This document shows, piece by piece, positions 17,825 to 28,549 of a stretch of DNA of 64,000 bases. The DNA is from Patescibacteria group bacterium (GTDB lineage: Bacteria > Patescibacteriota > Patescibacteriia > Magasanikbacterales > GWA2-37-8). Both the position numbers and the translations under genes were made by a program. The notes below the pieces were generated by a model. That model did no database searches and was not told the DNA's origin. It saw only the letters and a program-made list of their open reading frames with translations. The stretch is from NCBI GenBank assembly GCA_041651015.1, contig JBAZKA010000001.1:62000-125999 (forward strand). Direction: 5' to 3'. Each line of letters begins with the position of its first letter. Positions within the stretch are counted from its first letter, which is position 1.

Positions 17825-20800
17825 ATGTACAACGTTATTAAGAAAGCTTTAACCTTCAGCGTTGTTGCCTCTACCATGTTATGGTCTGTTGGTATCGCCG
17901 CTTTGATCCCGTCTGTGGCTCAAGGTGCGACCTGCCCGACTTTAGCTGCTGGCGACATGATCAAAGTGACCGGTAAAGCGGCCATCTATGCTCTTCGCAA
18001 CGATCTGAAAGTTGTGTATTTCCCGTCAGGTGACGAGTTCAAGTCTTGGAGGCCGACCTATGGTGGTTACATCTCCATCACTCAAGATTGCTTTGATTCC
18101 TTGTCGGTTCCGAGCAACTATCCGGCCGCGGTTGGCTTCCACCCGGGTTCTTACCTGGTGAAGAGACCGTCTTCGGACCAGTTGTATGTTGTTGAACCGA
18201 ACAACACCTTAGCTAAAATCACCAGCGCTCTCGCGACCACTTTGTATGGCACTTCTGCCTACTCTGATGGCGTTGGCGCCAAAGTGATGACGATCAGCGA
18301 TGTGTTCTGGCCGCATTATGTTAACCGCGGTACAGATATCACCACTGCCGTTGCCCACCCGGGTATGCTTTTCAAAGTCGACTCCACAACATACTATGTT
18401 GATGAAGACGGCAAACTTCGCGAGGTTACCGATGCCGGTTTCACCGCGAACAACTTCCAAAAGAAATTTGTCCGCACCCTTACGTCTACCGCTATTGCCG
18501 GTTTGACCGCTGGTACTGCTATCAGCGCTGAAATCGCGTCAGTCACGGACAAGACACAGAGCGGTGGTATCACTACGACAACTGCAGCGGGCACTTTGAC
18601 CGTGGCTTTGTCTTCCGCCACTCCGGGCGCTTTAAGCGTTCCGCAGAATGGCACTCGCGTTCCGTTTACCAATGTCGTTTTGACTGCCGGTTCGGATAAC
18701 GCGATCAATGTTGATGCTATCACTGTGAAGAGAACAGGTTTAAGTGATTATTCATATTTTGCCGGAACAGCTGGCAGTGTTTGGGCGGAAAAAGATGGTG
18801 TTCGCGTCACTTCTCAGTCTGATATGAACAGCTCTGATGAAGTGAACCTGACCTTCTCTCCGATCCTCAACATCCCGGCCGGCACTTCCGTCACCTTGGA
18901 AATCGTCGCCTCTTTGAACAGCGCTGCTGGTAACGGCGCCCTCGGCATTGCTTCCGCTTCTGCGGTGTCTGCCGGTGGTGTGACTGTTGCCGGTTCTTTC
19001 CCTGTGACCGGTAACTTGATGTCCTTCACCAGTTATAATGTGGCGACCGCTTCGGTTGATTATGATACCGCCACTCGTACTCCGAAGGTTGGTGACACAG
19101 CTGCTGAAATCTCCTCTTTTGGAGTGACGCAGACTGCCACTTACTCCAAGGATGTCATCTTCAAATCCATCATGTTGAAGAATTCCGGTGTTGAAGATTT
19201 GGCCACCTCTTTGTCCAATGTTTATTTGGAAAAAGCCGGCGCCCAAGTTTCTTCATACGGCACAATCAACGGTCGTTATATTACTTTCGTTTTGAATGGC
19301 GGCGGTCTCTTGATTGAAAAGGGAGACAGCCTTACCTTCAAGGTAAAAGGTGATATCATGGCCAAGGAAAATGCTTCAACCCCGAGCTTTACTTTCTATG
19401 TAAACAAGGTTGAAGACGTCAACATCGTTGAGAAATCAACCGGTTTTGGCGCCGCTGTCACCAAAGACGCGGATACCAACAATGTCGACATCACTTCCGG
19501 CGCGCTTTCTATCACTAAGAAAAGCACCCAGCCGTCTGATGCTGATGTCACCAAGGGTACCAGCGATACTGTTTCATTGCTCGCGAATATCCGCGCCGAT
19601 GAAGCCATCTCTGCCGATGGTATTAAAGTTGGTTGGGAAGGTACTTATGTATCCACTTCCTTCCAAAATGCCAAAGTGTACTTGAACAGTCATTTGCTCG
19701 GTACATTTGATCCGACGGACGAATCAGACACCAACTACGAAATTGAGACTTCTGTCAACTTTAATAAAGGCGACAATGAGCTCAAAATTATGGTTGGCGT
19801 CAAATCCACCGCCACTTCCAGCGCCAACATCAAATTTAAAGTGGTTGGTACTGAGTTTGTGAACGGTGAGTCCCCGGAATACGTTTCCTCCGGCAATTCC
19901 GTTGATTCCGACGATGTGAACGGCAGCCCGGTCGGTGCGATTATCACCGTGGCCGGCGCTGGTTTGACCATCGCGCGCAATGACGGTTATGCCGCGGATC
20001 GCAGCATTGTCCAGGGCACAACTGATGTTTCCCTCGGCAAATTCAATGTCAAAGCCACGAGCGATACAGTGACCCTCACTTCTATCGAAGTCGCGGCCAA
20101 CAGCGGTACCGGCACCAAGGTGTCTGATTCCTCTGTCTTTGACATGAAACTTATGGTTGACGGCGTCCAGGTTGGTACCACTCGAGATTTCAACTCCTCT
20201 GGTGCTTCCTTCTCTGGTCTCAATGTCTCCATTGCCAAGGATGCCATCAAATCAGTGGAAGTTGTTGCTTCCTTTGACACGATGTCCACCGGCTCCATCA
20301 AGACCGTCCTCTCCTTTAACGGCCAAGACAGCAATGGTAAGACGACCGGCTTGACCGGCCTTACTGGAACCACTGTCAACAACGTCGTTATCGCCGCGGG
20401 CGTTTTGACTGCCACTGCCGGTACCGATACTGCAGATAAATCCATCCTCCTCGCCAAGTCCGGTGTTGAATATTCTGTTGCGACCTTCAAATTGACTTCG
20501 CAATATGATTCCTCCAACATCACCGAAATGACTATCGTCAATTCGTCCACTTTGGCTTCGGATGCGAGAATCTCTTCCGTCAAACTTTATGACGGCAGCA
20601 CATTGTTGGGTACAGATTTTGTGATGAGTAACTCCACCACAATTTCATTGGACACCAACAGCCTGATCGTTCCGGCCAATGGCTACAAGAACGTGACCGT
20701 GAAGGTCGTCTTGAACACCATTGATGATGTCACCCAGAGCAGCAGCACCTTCCGCGCCAACTTGACTCAAATCAAGTACAAGGGCTCGGCTGGTTCAGAA

Positions 20801-21289
20801 CTCACCAAGTCTACAGATTTGTATGGCAATGTCATGCAAATCCGCAAGACCAGACCGGTGTTTGCCAATGTTTCTCTTGGCTCATCCGGCCTTGGCGCCG
20901 CTGAAGAAGAAGTGCTCAAGTTCACTGTCACTGCCGATTCCAACGAAGAAGTCGTGATCACCAGCTTGACATTTACTGAAGAGGGCTCTGTCACATCTTC
21001 GGTGTCAAACTTCAAACTGTATGTTGACGATTCGGAAAAGGCCTCGGTCACCAGTGGTGTTCCGACCTTCACCGGATTGACCAATGTGTCAGTTGCGGCT
21101 GGTCAAACCAGAACGTTCTCTGTCCGCGCCAACACCACTGGTGTTGCCGTCGACAAGACGTATGGCATCAGTTTGGAGAAAACCACAGTTGGTAATGTTA
21201 CTTGGGCCGAATACTTTGTCGGCGGTAACAATCCGGGTGATGCTGAGTACCTCAACACCTTCCCGATGTCCAACTCCAAGAAATACTAA
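17825..21289 (+). CDS. Giant secreted/surface protein with many Ig-like beta-sandwich repeats (ORF track starts at 17735; the Met at 17825 precedes the signal peptide)
   Basis: Signal/TM segment ALTFSVVASTMLWSVGIAALIPSVAQGA; over 1100 aa of Thr/Ser/Val/Gly-rich repetitive beta-type sequence. Confidence 0.6.
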   Translation: MYNVIKKALTFSVVASTMLWSVGIAALIPSVAQGATCPTLAAGDMIKVTGKAAIYALRNDLKVVYFPSGDEFKSWRPTYGGYISITQDCFDSLSVPSNYPAAVGFHPGSYLVKRPSSDQLYVVEPNNTLAKITSALATTLYGTSAYSDGVGAKVMTISDVFWPHYVNRGTDITTAVAHPGMLFKVDSTTYYVDEDGKLREVTDAGFTANNFQKKFVRTLTSTAIAGLTAGTAISAEIASVTDKTQSGGITTTTAAGTLTVALSSATPGALSVPQNGTRVPFTNVVLTAGSDNAINVDAITVKRTGLSDYSYFAGTAGSVWAEKDGVRVTSQSDMNSSDEVNLTFSPILNIPAGTSVTLEIVASLNSAAGNGALGIASASAVSAGGVTVAGSFPVTGNLMSFTSYNVATASVDYDTATRTPKVGDTAAEISSFGVTQTATYSKDVIFKSIMLKNSGVEDLATSLSNVYLEKAGAQVSSYGTINGRYITFVLNGGGLLIEKGDSLTFKVKGDIMAKENASTPSFTFYVNKVEDVNIVEKSTGFGAAVTKDADTNNVDITSGALSITKKSTQPSDADVTKGTSDTVSLLANIRADEAISADGIKVGWEGTYVSTSFQNAKVYLNSHLLGTFDPTDESDTNYEIETSVNFNKGDNELKIMVGVKSTATSSANIKFKVVGTEFVNGESPEYVSSGNSVDSDDVNGSPVGAIITVAGAGLTIARNDGYAADRSIVQGTTDVSLGKFNVKATSDTVTLTSIEVAANSGTGTKVSDSSVFDMKLMVDGVQVGTTRDFNSSGASFSGLNVSIAKDAIKSVEVVASFDTMSTGSIKTVLSFNGQDSNGKTTGLTGLTGTTVNNVVIAAGVLTATAGTDTADKSILLAKSGVEYSVATFKLTSQYDSSNITEMTIVNSSTLASDARISSVKLYDGSTLLGTDFVMSNSTTISLDTNSLIVPANGYKNVTVKVVLNTIDDVTQSSSTFRANLTQIKYKGSAGSELTKSTDLYGNVMQIRKTRPVFANVSLGSSGLGAAEEEVLKFTVTADSNEEVVITSLTFTEEGSVTSSVSNFKLYVDDSEKASVTSGVPTFTGLTNVSVAAGQTRTFSVRANTTGVAVDKTYGISLEKTTVGNVTWAEYFVGGNNPGDAEYLNTFPMSNSKKY

Positions 21290-21329
21290 TCTTTGATTAG
21301 TGTGATTGGCAGAGTGTAAAAACTCTGAA

Positions 21330-21366
21330 TCAAAATCCCCGCCGAAAGGCGGGGATTTTGATTTTG
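21330..21366. terminator. Bidirectional terminator between the giant surface protein gene and cysS
   Basis: AAAATCCCCGCC-gaaa-GGCGGGGATTTT with flanking T/A runs. Confidence 0.8.
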
Positions 21367-21379
21367 GTCATTTGAATAG

Positions 21380-22789
21380 TTATGCCACTTTCGTACCGTC
21401 AGGCGTATCCATTACCGTATAGCCGAGTTTGATTAAACGGTCGCGCAGTTCATCGCTTTTCTTCCAATCCTTGGCCGTGCGAGCTGTATCGCGCTCAGTC
21501 AAAAGTTTATGCACACTGTCGGGAATTTTGGCTTCCAAACATTCTTTGATTTTTAGTCCGAGAATTTTGTCCCAAGCGATTAAAGTTTTTTGACTGATTC
21601 TTTTATTTTTTATTGCCTCCCACATTAGCGCAATGGCATTGGGTGTGTCCAAATCATCATTGATCGCCGCTATGAATTTATCTTTGATTTTTTCTTCCTC
21701 GGCCACGGCATGACGAGAGACTGAAGCCCTCTTGGGTAATTCGCGGGCGATGGCACAGAGATGCTTCAATCCGCTTTGCGCCGCCGTAAGCGCCTCCCAA
21801 CTAAAAGATAATTGTTTGCGATAATGAGTTTGTAAAATAAAATAACGATAGGCGATAGGGTCAACATTTTTTTCTTTGATCGTGTCTATGGTGACAAAAT
21901 TTCCCAGCGATTTGCTCATTTTGTCCTCGCCCATGTTTAGAAATTCATTGTGCATCCAATAATGCGCCGGTATTACTCCTTCGGCCGCTTCGGTTTGGGC
22001 AATTTCATTGGTGTGGTGCACGGGGATATGGTCAATACCACCGGTATGGATATCAAAAGGAATGCCAAGGTATTTGGCGGACATGGCCGAACATTCAATA
22101 TGCCAGCCCGGGAAACCTTTGCCCCACGGGCTGTCCCATTCCATTTGGCGCTGAGCCAAAACCGGAGAAAATTTCCATAAGGCAAAATCTGAAGCATGGT
22201 GTTTGCCACCCATGGCCACGCGGGCGCCGGCGCGGAGTTCCTGTTTGTCTAAACGCGCCAATCGGCCATAGCCGGCCAATTTTTTGGTGTCAAAATATAT
22301 TCCATCCAAAGTGGTATAAGTAAACCCCTTTCGTTCCAATTTTTTTATTAAATTGATTTGCTCCTTGATGTGGTCGGTGGCTCGGCAAACGACTTCCGGT
22401 TCTTTGATATTCAAGTCGTTTAAATTTGCCATGAAGGCTTTGGTATAATATTTGGCAATGTCCCAGGCGGTTTTTTTTTCGCGAGCCGCGCCTTTTTCCA
22501 TTTTATCATCGCCTTCATCACCATCGCCGGTCAAATGCCCAACGTCGGTGATATTCATCACGTGTTTGACTTTAAAGCCATCGGCCTTTAATGTCCGATG
22601 CAAAATATCCCAAGTAATGTATGAGCGCAAATTGCCGATATGCGCGTAGTCGTAAACAGTCGGACCGCAAGCATAAATGCCGACCTTGCCCTCGTGAATC
22701 GGGACAAAATCCTCAATTTTACGCGACATGGTATTGTAGAGGCGGAGAGTCATATATTTGTGTATATATATTAGCTGAAACCTCGTCAT
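21380..22789 (-). CDS. cysS: Cysteinyl-tRNA synthetase
   Basis: 469 aa; HIGN(L) motif, KMSKSLGN motif, CysRS-like anticodon-binding C-terminus. Confidence 0.92.
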   Translation of the reverse strand: MTRFQLIYIHKYMTLRLYNTMSRKIEDFVPIHEGKVGIYACGPTVYDYAHIGNLRSYITWDILHRTLKADGFKVKHVMNITDVGHLTGDGDEGDDKMEKGAAREKKTAWDIAKYYTKAFMANLNDLNIKEPEVVCRATDHIKEQINLIKKLERKGFTYTTLDGIYFDTKKLAGYGRLARLDKQELRAGARVAMGGKHHASDFALWKFSPVLAQRQMEWDSPWGKGFPGWHIECSAMSAKYLGIPFDIHTGGIDHIPVHHTNEIAQTEAAEGVIPAHYWMHNEFLNMGEDKMSKSLGNFVTIDTIKEKNVDPIAYRYFILQTHYRKQLSFSWEALTAAQSGLKHLCAIARELPKRASVSRHAVAEEEKIKDKFIAAINDDLDTPNAIALMWEAIKNKRISQKTLIAWDKILGLKIKECLEAKIPDSVHKLLTERDTARTAKDWKKSDELRDRLIKLGYTVMDTPDGTKVA

Positions 22790-22790
22790 A

Positions 22791-22819
22791 TTTCAAGAGT
22801 GGGGGAGGTATGGTATAAT
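22791..22819 (+). promoter_or_regulatory. Extended -10 promoter upstream of pilM
   Basis: TTTCAA, 17-bp spacer, TGgTATAAT. Confidence 0.45.
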
Positions 22820-22820
22820 A

Positions 22821-22900
22821 AGTTCATAAAGTTATAAAGTTCAAAGTTCGTAAAGTCCTCGCGACTCAGTGACTTTATAACTTTATAACTTTATGAACTT
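22821..22900. repeat. ATAAAGTT-type palindromic repeat array forming a ~26-bp inverted repeat in the pilM leader (family copy 1)
   Basis: GTTCATAAAGTTATAAAGTTCAAAGT ... ACTTTATAACTTTATAACTTTATGAAC; same family at 42168-42258. Confidence 0.65.
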
Positions 22901-22914
22901 TATAAACTTCGTTT

Positions 22915-24063
22915 ATGTTTTCCAAACCCAAAGGCTTTATCGGCGTTGACCTTGGCGCCGGCGGAGTCAAAATTGTTGAATTGCGCGAAGAAAAAAAGCG
23001 TCCGGTTTTGTATACCTATGCCCTGACTTCAGAGTCTCAGGATGTGCATCAGCTGTTGGCCGAAACCCGGGAAAAACTTTTGGCGCCGGAAGCTGTGCAG
23101 ATTGAACAAAAGCAAAATATCCGCGGAGATAAAAAGGCCGCGCCCATGGTTGACGCATCTGACGCCAGAGTACAAAAATACGCTGACACGCTTCATGCCG
23201 CCTGTGTCGCGGCCAAAACTTCATCCAAAATCGCGGTCGGAAGTTTGCCCGTGTCCGCGGTGTTTCATTCTATTGTCACCATGCCGGCGGTTGATGCCAA
23301 AGAATTTTTGGGCATTCTCAAGGCTGAAGTGAAAAAATTATTGCCTTATTCCATTGACGACATGGTTTTGGACTATCAGGTGTTGGAATCATTTTCCACG
23401 GATAAGGTCAAAAAAATAATGGTTAGCGCCGTGCCCAAAGCCATCGTGGAATTTTATTCAAAAGTTTTCCGCCGGGCCGGTTTGACCTTGGAATCATTAG
23501 AGCCGGAATCAATGGCCTTGTCGCGCTCGCTCATCGGCCGGGACCGCGCCGTCACCATGCTGATTGATATGGGCGCCGAGCGGACAAACTTTTTTATAAT
23601 TGATGAAGCCATCCCGATTACCAATCATTCTATTGAATCAGGTGGTAATAAAATCAATCGCTTGATGATGTCCACACTCGGGGTTGAAGAATCCGAGGTG
23701 CCACAAATCAAACACGACCTGTATCAGCGTTCGCTTGCGGGCAACGGCACAATTGACCGTAAAACATTTATTGATTTGCTTATGCCGGTCATTGATCCGA
23801 TTGTCAAACAAATTGAATACAGCTTTGGCGTTTATTTTAACCAAACGGGCAACGAACAAAAGAAGCCCGAGAAAATTATTTTGACCGGCGGTGCGGCCAT
23901 GGTGCCATATCTGGCGGAATATTTGGCTGATTATTTTAAAATTAAATGTTATTTGGGCGACCCGTGGGCGAGAGTAGTACATCAGGACAAATTACAACCG
24001 TTATTAAATGAGATCGGGCCGAGAATGTCTATTGCGATTGGTTTGGCGCTCAAGAATTTATAA
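22915..24063 (+). CDS. pilM: Type IV pilus assembly ATPase-like protein PilM (actin fold)
   Basis: 382 aa; N-terminus FIGVDLGAGGVKIVEL and overall PilM/FtsA-like pattern. Confidence 0.8.
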   Translation: MFSKPKGFIGVDLGAGGVKIVELREEKKRPVLYTYALTSESQDVHQLLAETREKLLAPEAVQIEQKQNIRGDKKAAPMVDASDARVQKYADTLHAACVAAKTSSKIAVGSLPVSAVFHSIVTMPAVDAKEFLGILKAEVKKLLPYSIDDMVLDYQVLESFSTDKVKKIMVSAVPKAIVEFYSKVFRRAGLTLESLEPESMALSRSLIGRDRAVTMLIDMGAERTNFFIIDEAIPITNHSIESGGNKINRLMMSTLGVEESEVPQIKHDLYQRSLAGNGTIDRKTFIDLLMPVIDPIVKQIEYSFGVYFNQTGNEQKKPEKIILTGGAAMVPYLAEYLADYFKIKCYLGDPWARVVHQDKLQPLLNEIGPRMSIAIGLALKNL

Positions 24064-24064
24064 T

Positions 24065-24469
24065 ATGTTAAAGAAAATTCATCAATCCGGTAAAATCCAA
24101 AGCGTCCTTCTGGTTGAATCAGATGAATTTCTGGCCGATATATACGCCAAGAATATTGAGATGGAAGGCTTCCGCGTGGTCAAGGCCGTCAACGGAGAGC
24201 GGGCGTTGGCTCAATTAAAAAATAAAGAAATTGACCTGATTCTTCTCTCGGCCACTTTGCCCGGCATGAATGGTTTTGAAGTGCTGGCTGAACTGAAAAA
24301 TGACAAGAAAACCGCGTTTATACCCGTTATTTTGCTGTCAAAACTCGGAGCCAAAGAAGACGTAGAAAAATCCCGCGAACTTGGCGCCGAGGCCTACATT
24401 ATTAAGTCGCATTTCCGTCCATCCGAGATTGTGGATAAAATTAAGAAAATACTATTCAAAAGGATTTGA
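24065..24469 (+). CDS. Stand-alone response-regulator receiver (CheY-like) domain protein
   Basis: Receiver pattern VLLVESDEF ... DLILLSATLPGMNGFEV ... PVILLSKLG; the ORF track start at 24008 overlaps pilM, and the ATG at 24065 fits. Confidence 0.7.
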   Translation: MLKKIHQSGKIQSVLLVESDEFLADIYAKNIEMEGFRVVKAVNGERALAQLKNKEIDLILLSATLPGMNGFEVLAELKNDKKTAFIPVILLSKLGAKEDVEKSRELGAEAYIIKSHFRPSEIVDKIKKILFKRI

Positions 24470-24523
24470 ATTTGGTATAATGTATCCAACTATGAAAAAC
24501 AACTATCGGAAGGGGGTGAATTT

Positions 24524-24970
24524 ATGAATAGGAAAGGTTTCACTTTGATTGAGTTGTTGGTTGTAATTGCCATTATCGGTTTGTTGTCCACTCTCTCGGT
24601 GGTCGCTTTGGGTTCTGCTCGTCAGAAATCCCGCGACTCCAAGCGTTTATCGGACTTGAAGCAGGTTCAAACCGCGTTGGAATTGTATTACACTGATAAC
24701 AACACATATCCGACCACGACCGTAACCCTCGGTACCACTGATGCCAAATGTTTGGGCACCAATGGTTTCCACGCCACAGGTGGTTGCTCGGGCACCACTT
24801 ATATGGGTCTTGTCCCGACCGAACCGACACCGGGAGGCACCGGTTATACGTATACCGGAGCGTCTACAACTTTCAGCATCACTGCCACGCTTGAGAGCGC
24901 GGTCAATGATTTACGCGCTGGAGGAATTATTGCTACGCAAAACGGTATCGTCAACGCTTCGTCCACCTGA
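24524..24970 (+). CDS. Type IV pilin / pseudopilin
   Basis: Prepilin leader and N-methylation site MNRKGFTLIELLVVIAIIGLL; Cys pair near the C-terminus. Confidence 0.85.
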   Translation: MNRKGFTLIELLVVIAIIGLLSTLSVVALGSARQKSRDSKRLSDLKQVQTALELYYTDNNTYPTTTVTLGTTDAKCLGTNGFHATGGCSGTTYMGLVPTEPTPGGTGYTYTGASTTFSITATLESAVNDLRAGGIIATQNGIVNASST

Positions 24971-24990
24971 TGATTTATAGGTCATAAAAT

Positions 24991-25026
24991 AAAAATCCTT
25001 CAGCCTCGTGTTGAAGGATTTTTATT
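24991..25026 (+). terminator. Rho-independent terminator after the pilin gene
   Basis: AAATCCTTCA-gcctcgtgt-TGAAGGATTT followed by TTTATT. Confidence 0.75.
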
Positions 25027-25079
25027 AACGAGGGATATTATTGAAATTTTAATGGGGTTGGGCTATAATTAATTGTATT

Positions 25080-25862
25080 ATGGACCAAATTGAACTTCTT
25101 CTTAAAGTCATTTCCGCCTTTGTTATTGGCGCTTGCATCGGCAGTTTTATCAACTGTCTGATTTGGCGCCGTAACAACAATATGCGCATTACCAAAGGAC
25201 GCAGTCAATGCGTGCATTGCGGGCGAACTTTAACCTGGTATGAAAATATTCCGGTTTTGAGTTTTTTTTGTTTGCGCGGACAGTGCCGGACGTGCCACAA
25301 GCCGATTCCGAAATATTATGTGATCGTGGAATTTTTTACCGGTATTTTATATGTTTTAGTTTTTTGGCTGGCCGTCTCGCATTATCAAAATGATTGGATT
25401 GTGCTGACGCGAGATTTGTTTTTTCTGTCCGTCCTCATGATAATTTTTGTGGAGGATTGTATTTATCAAACCATCCAGTCAGAGATTGTCTGGTTGGGGA
25501 TTATCGGCGGTTTTATCTTTAATTATTTTCTCGGCGTGTCCGCTCTCAATATGGTGTTTGGCGCGGCCATCGGCTGTGGTTTTTTTCTTATTCAATACAT
25601 TATTTCCAAAGGACGCTGGATTGGCGGCGGCGATGTGCGCATGGGCGGTATGATGGGCGTTTGGCTGTGTGCGCCATCGGCCCTGCTCGCGATTTTTTTT
25701 GCCTATGTCCTTGGCGCGTTTGTTGGTATATTTCTTCTTCTCGGCCGCAAGCGCGGGTGGAATTCGGCTATTCCTTTTGGACCGTTTTTGGCCTTTTCCA
25801 CTTTTTTGGCGTTATTTTTTGGGCAGCCGATGATTGATTGGTATTTGAGATGGTTGATATAA
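25080..25862 (+). CDS. pilD: Prepilin peptidase / N-methyltransferase (A24 family)
   Basis: 260 aa; N-terminal Cys tetrad (CxxC...CxxC) plus polytopic membrane domain typical of PilD. Confidence 0.85.
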   Translation: MDQIELLLKVISAFVIGACIGSFINCLIWRRNNNMRITKGRSQCVHCGRTLTWYENIPVLSFFCLRGQCRTCHKPIPKYYVIVEFFTGILYVLVFWLAVSHYQNDWIVLTRDLFFLSVLMIIFVEDCIYQTIQSEIVWLGIIGGFIFNYFLGVSALNMVFGAAIGCGFFLIQYIISKGRWIGGGDVRMGGMMGVWLCAPSALLAIFFAYVLGAFVGIFLLLGRKRGWNSAIPFGPFLAFSTFLALFFGQPMIDWYLRWLI

Positions 25863-25959
25863 AAAAGCACCGCCTAAGGACGAAACCCTAAGAGGTACAA
25901 TTTTGTATGAATTCCAATTAAATTATAGTCTATAAATTATTTTTTGTCAAGTTCTATTT

Positions 25960-26379
25960 ATGATAATCATGCAGATGATCGTGCAACAATTTGTTGAATG
26001 GACAAAAAAGAAAATTCGGCATCATTCGGAAACAGAGAAAAGAATATATTTTCGTGAGAAAGAAATATGGTGGGCCGCGCTTGGTAAAAATATCGGTTGC
26101 GAGGCGGACGGTAAAAATGAATTGTTTGAAAGACCGGTGCTGATTCTAAAAAAATATTCAAAAGAAATGTGCTTTATATTACCACTGACCACACAAATTA
26201 AGAGTGTGAGACCTTGGTATCAGGCATTAGTTTTGATTGATGGAAAAGATAATGCCATAAATATTTCTCAAGGAAGGGTGATAAGTTGCCGACGATTGTT
26301 GCGAAAAATGACCGTATTGAGCGATGGGGATTATGAAATGGTTTTTGATCAATTTATCAGGTCCTTTAATAAAAAATAA
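25960..26379 (+). CDS. MazF/PemK-family toxin-like protein (no adjacent antitoxin ORF of at least 60 aa)
   Basis: EIWWAALGKNIGCEADGKNELFERPVLIL ... FILPLTTQIK matches the MazF pattern (DIYWVDL..GSEQ..RPVLIV ... VAPITSQIK). Confidence 0.55.
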   Translation: MIIMQMIVQQFVEWTKKKIRHHSETEKRIYFREKEIWWAALGKNIGCEADGKNELFERPVLILKKYSKEMCFILPLTTQIKSVRPWYQALVLIDGKDNAINISQGRVISCRRLLRKMTVLSDGDYEMVFDQFIRSFNKK

Positions 26380-28548
<2,169 letters not shown>

Positions 28549-28549
28549 T

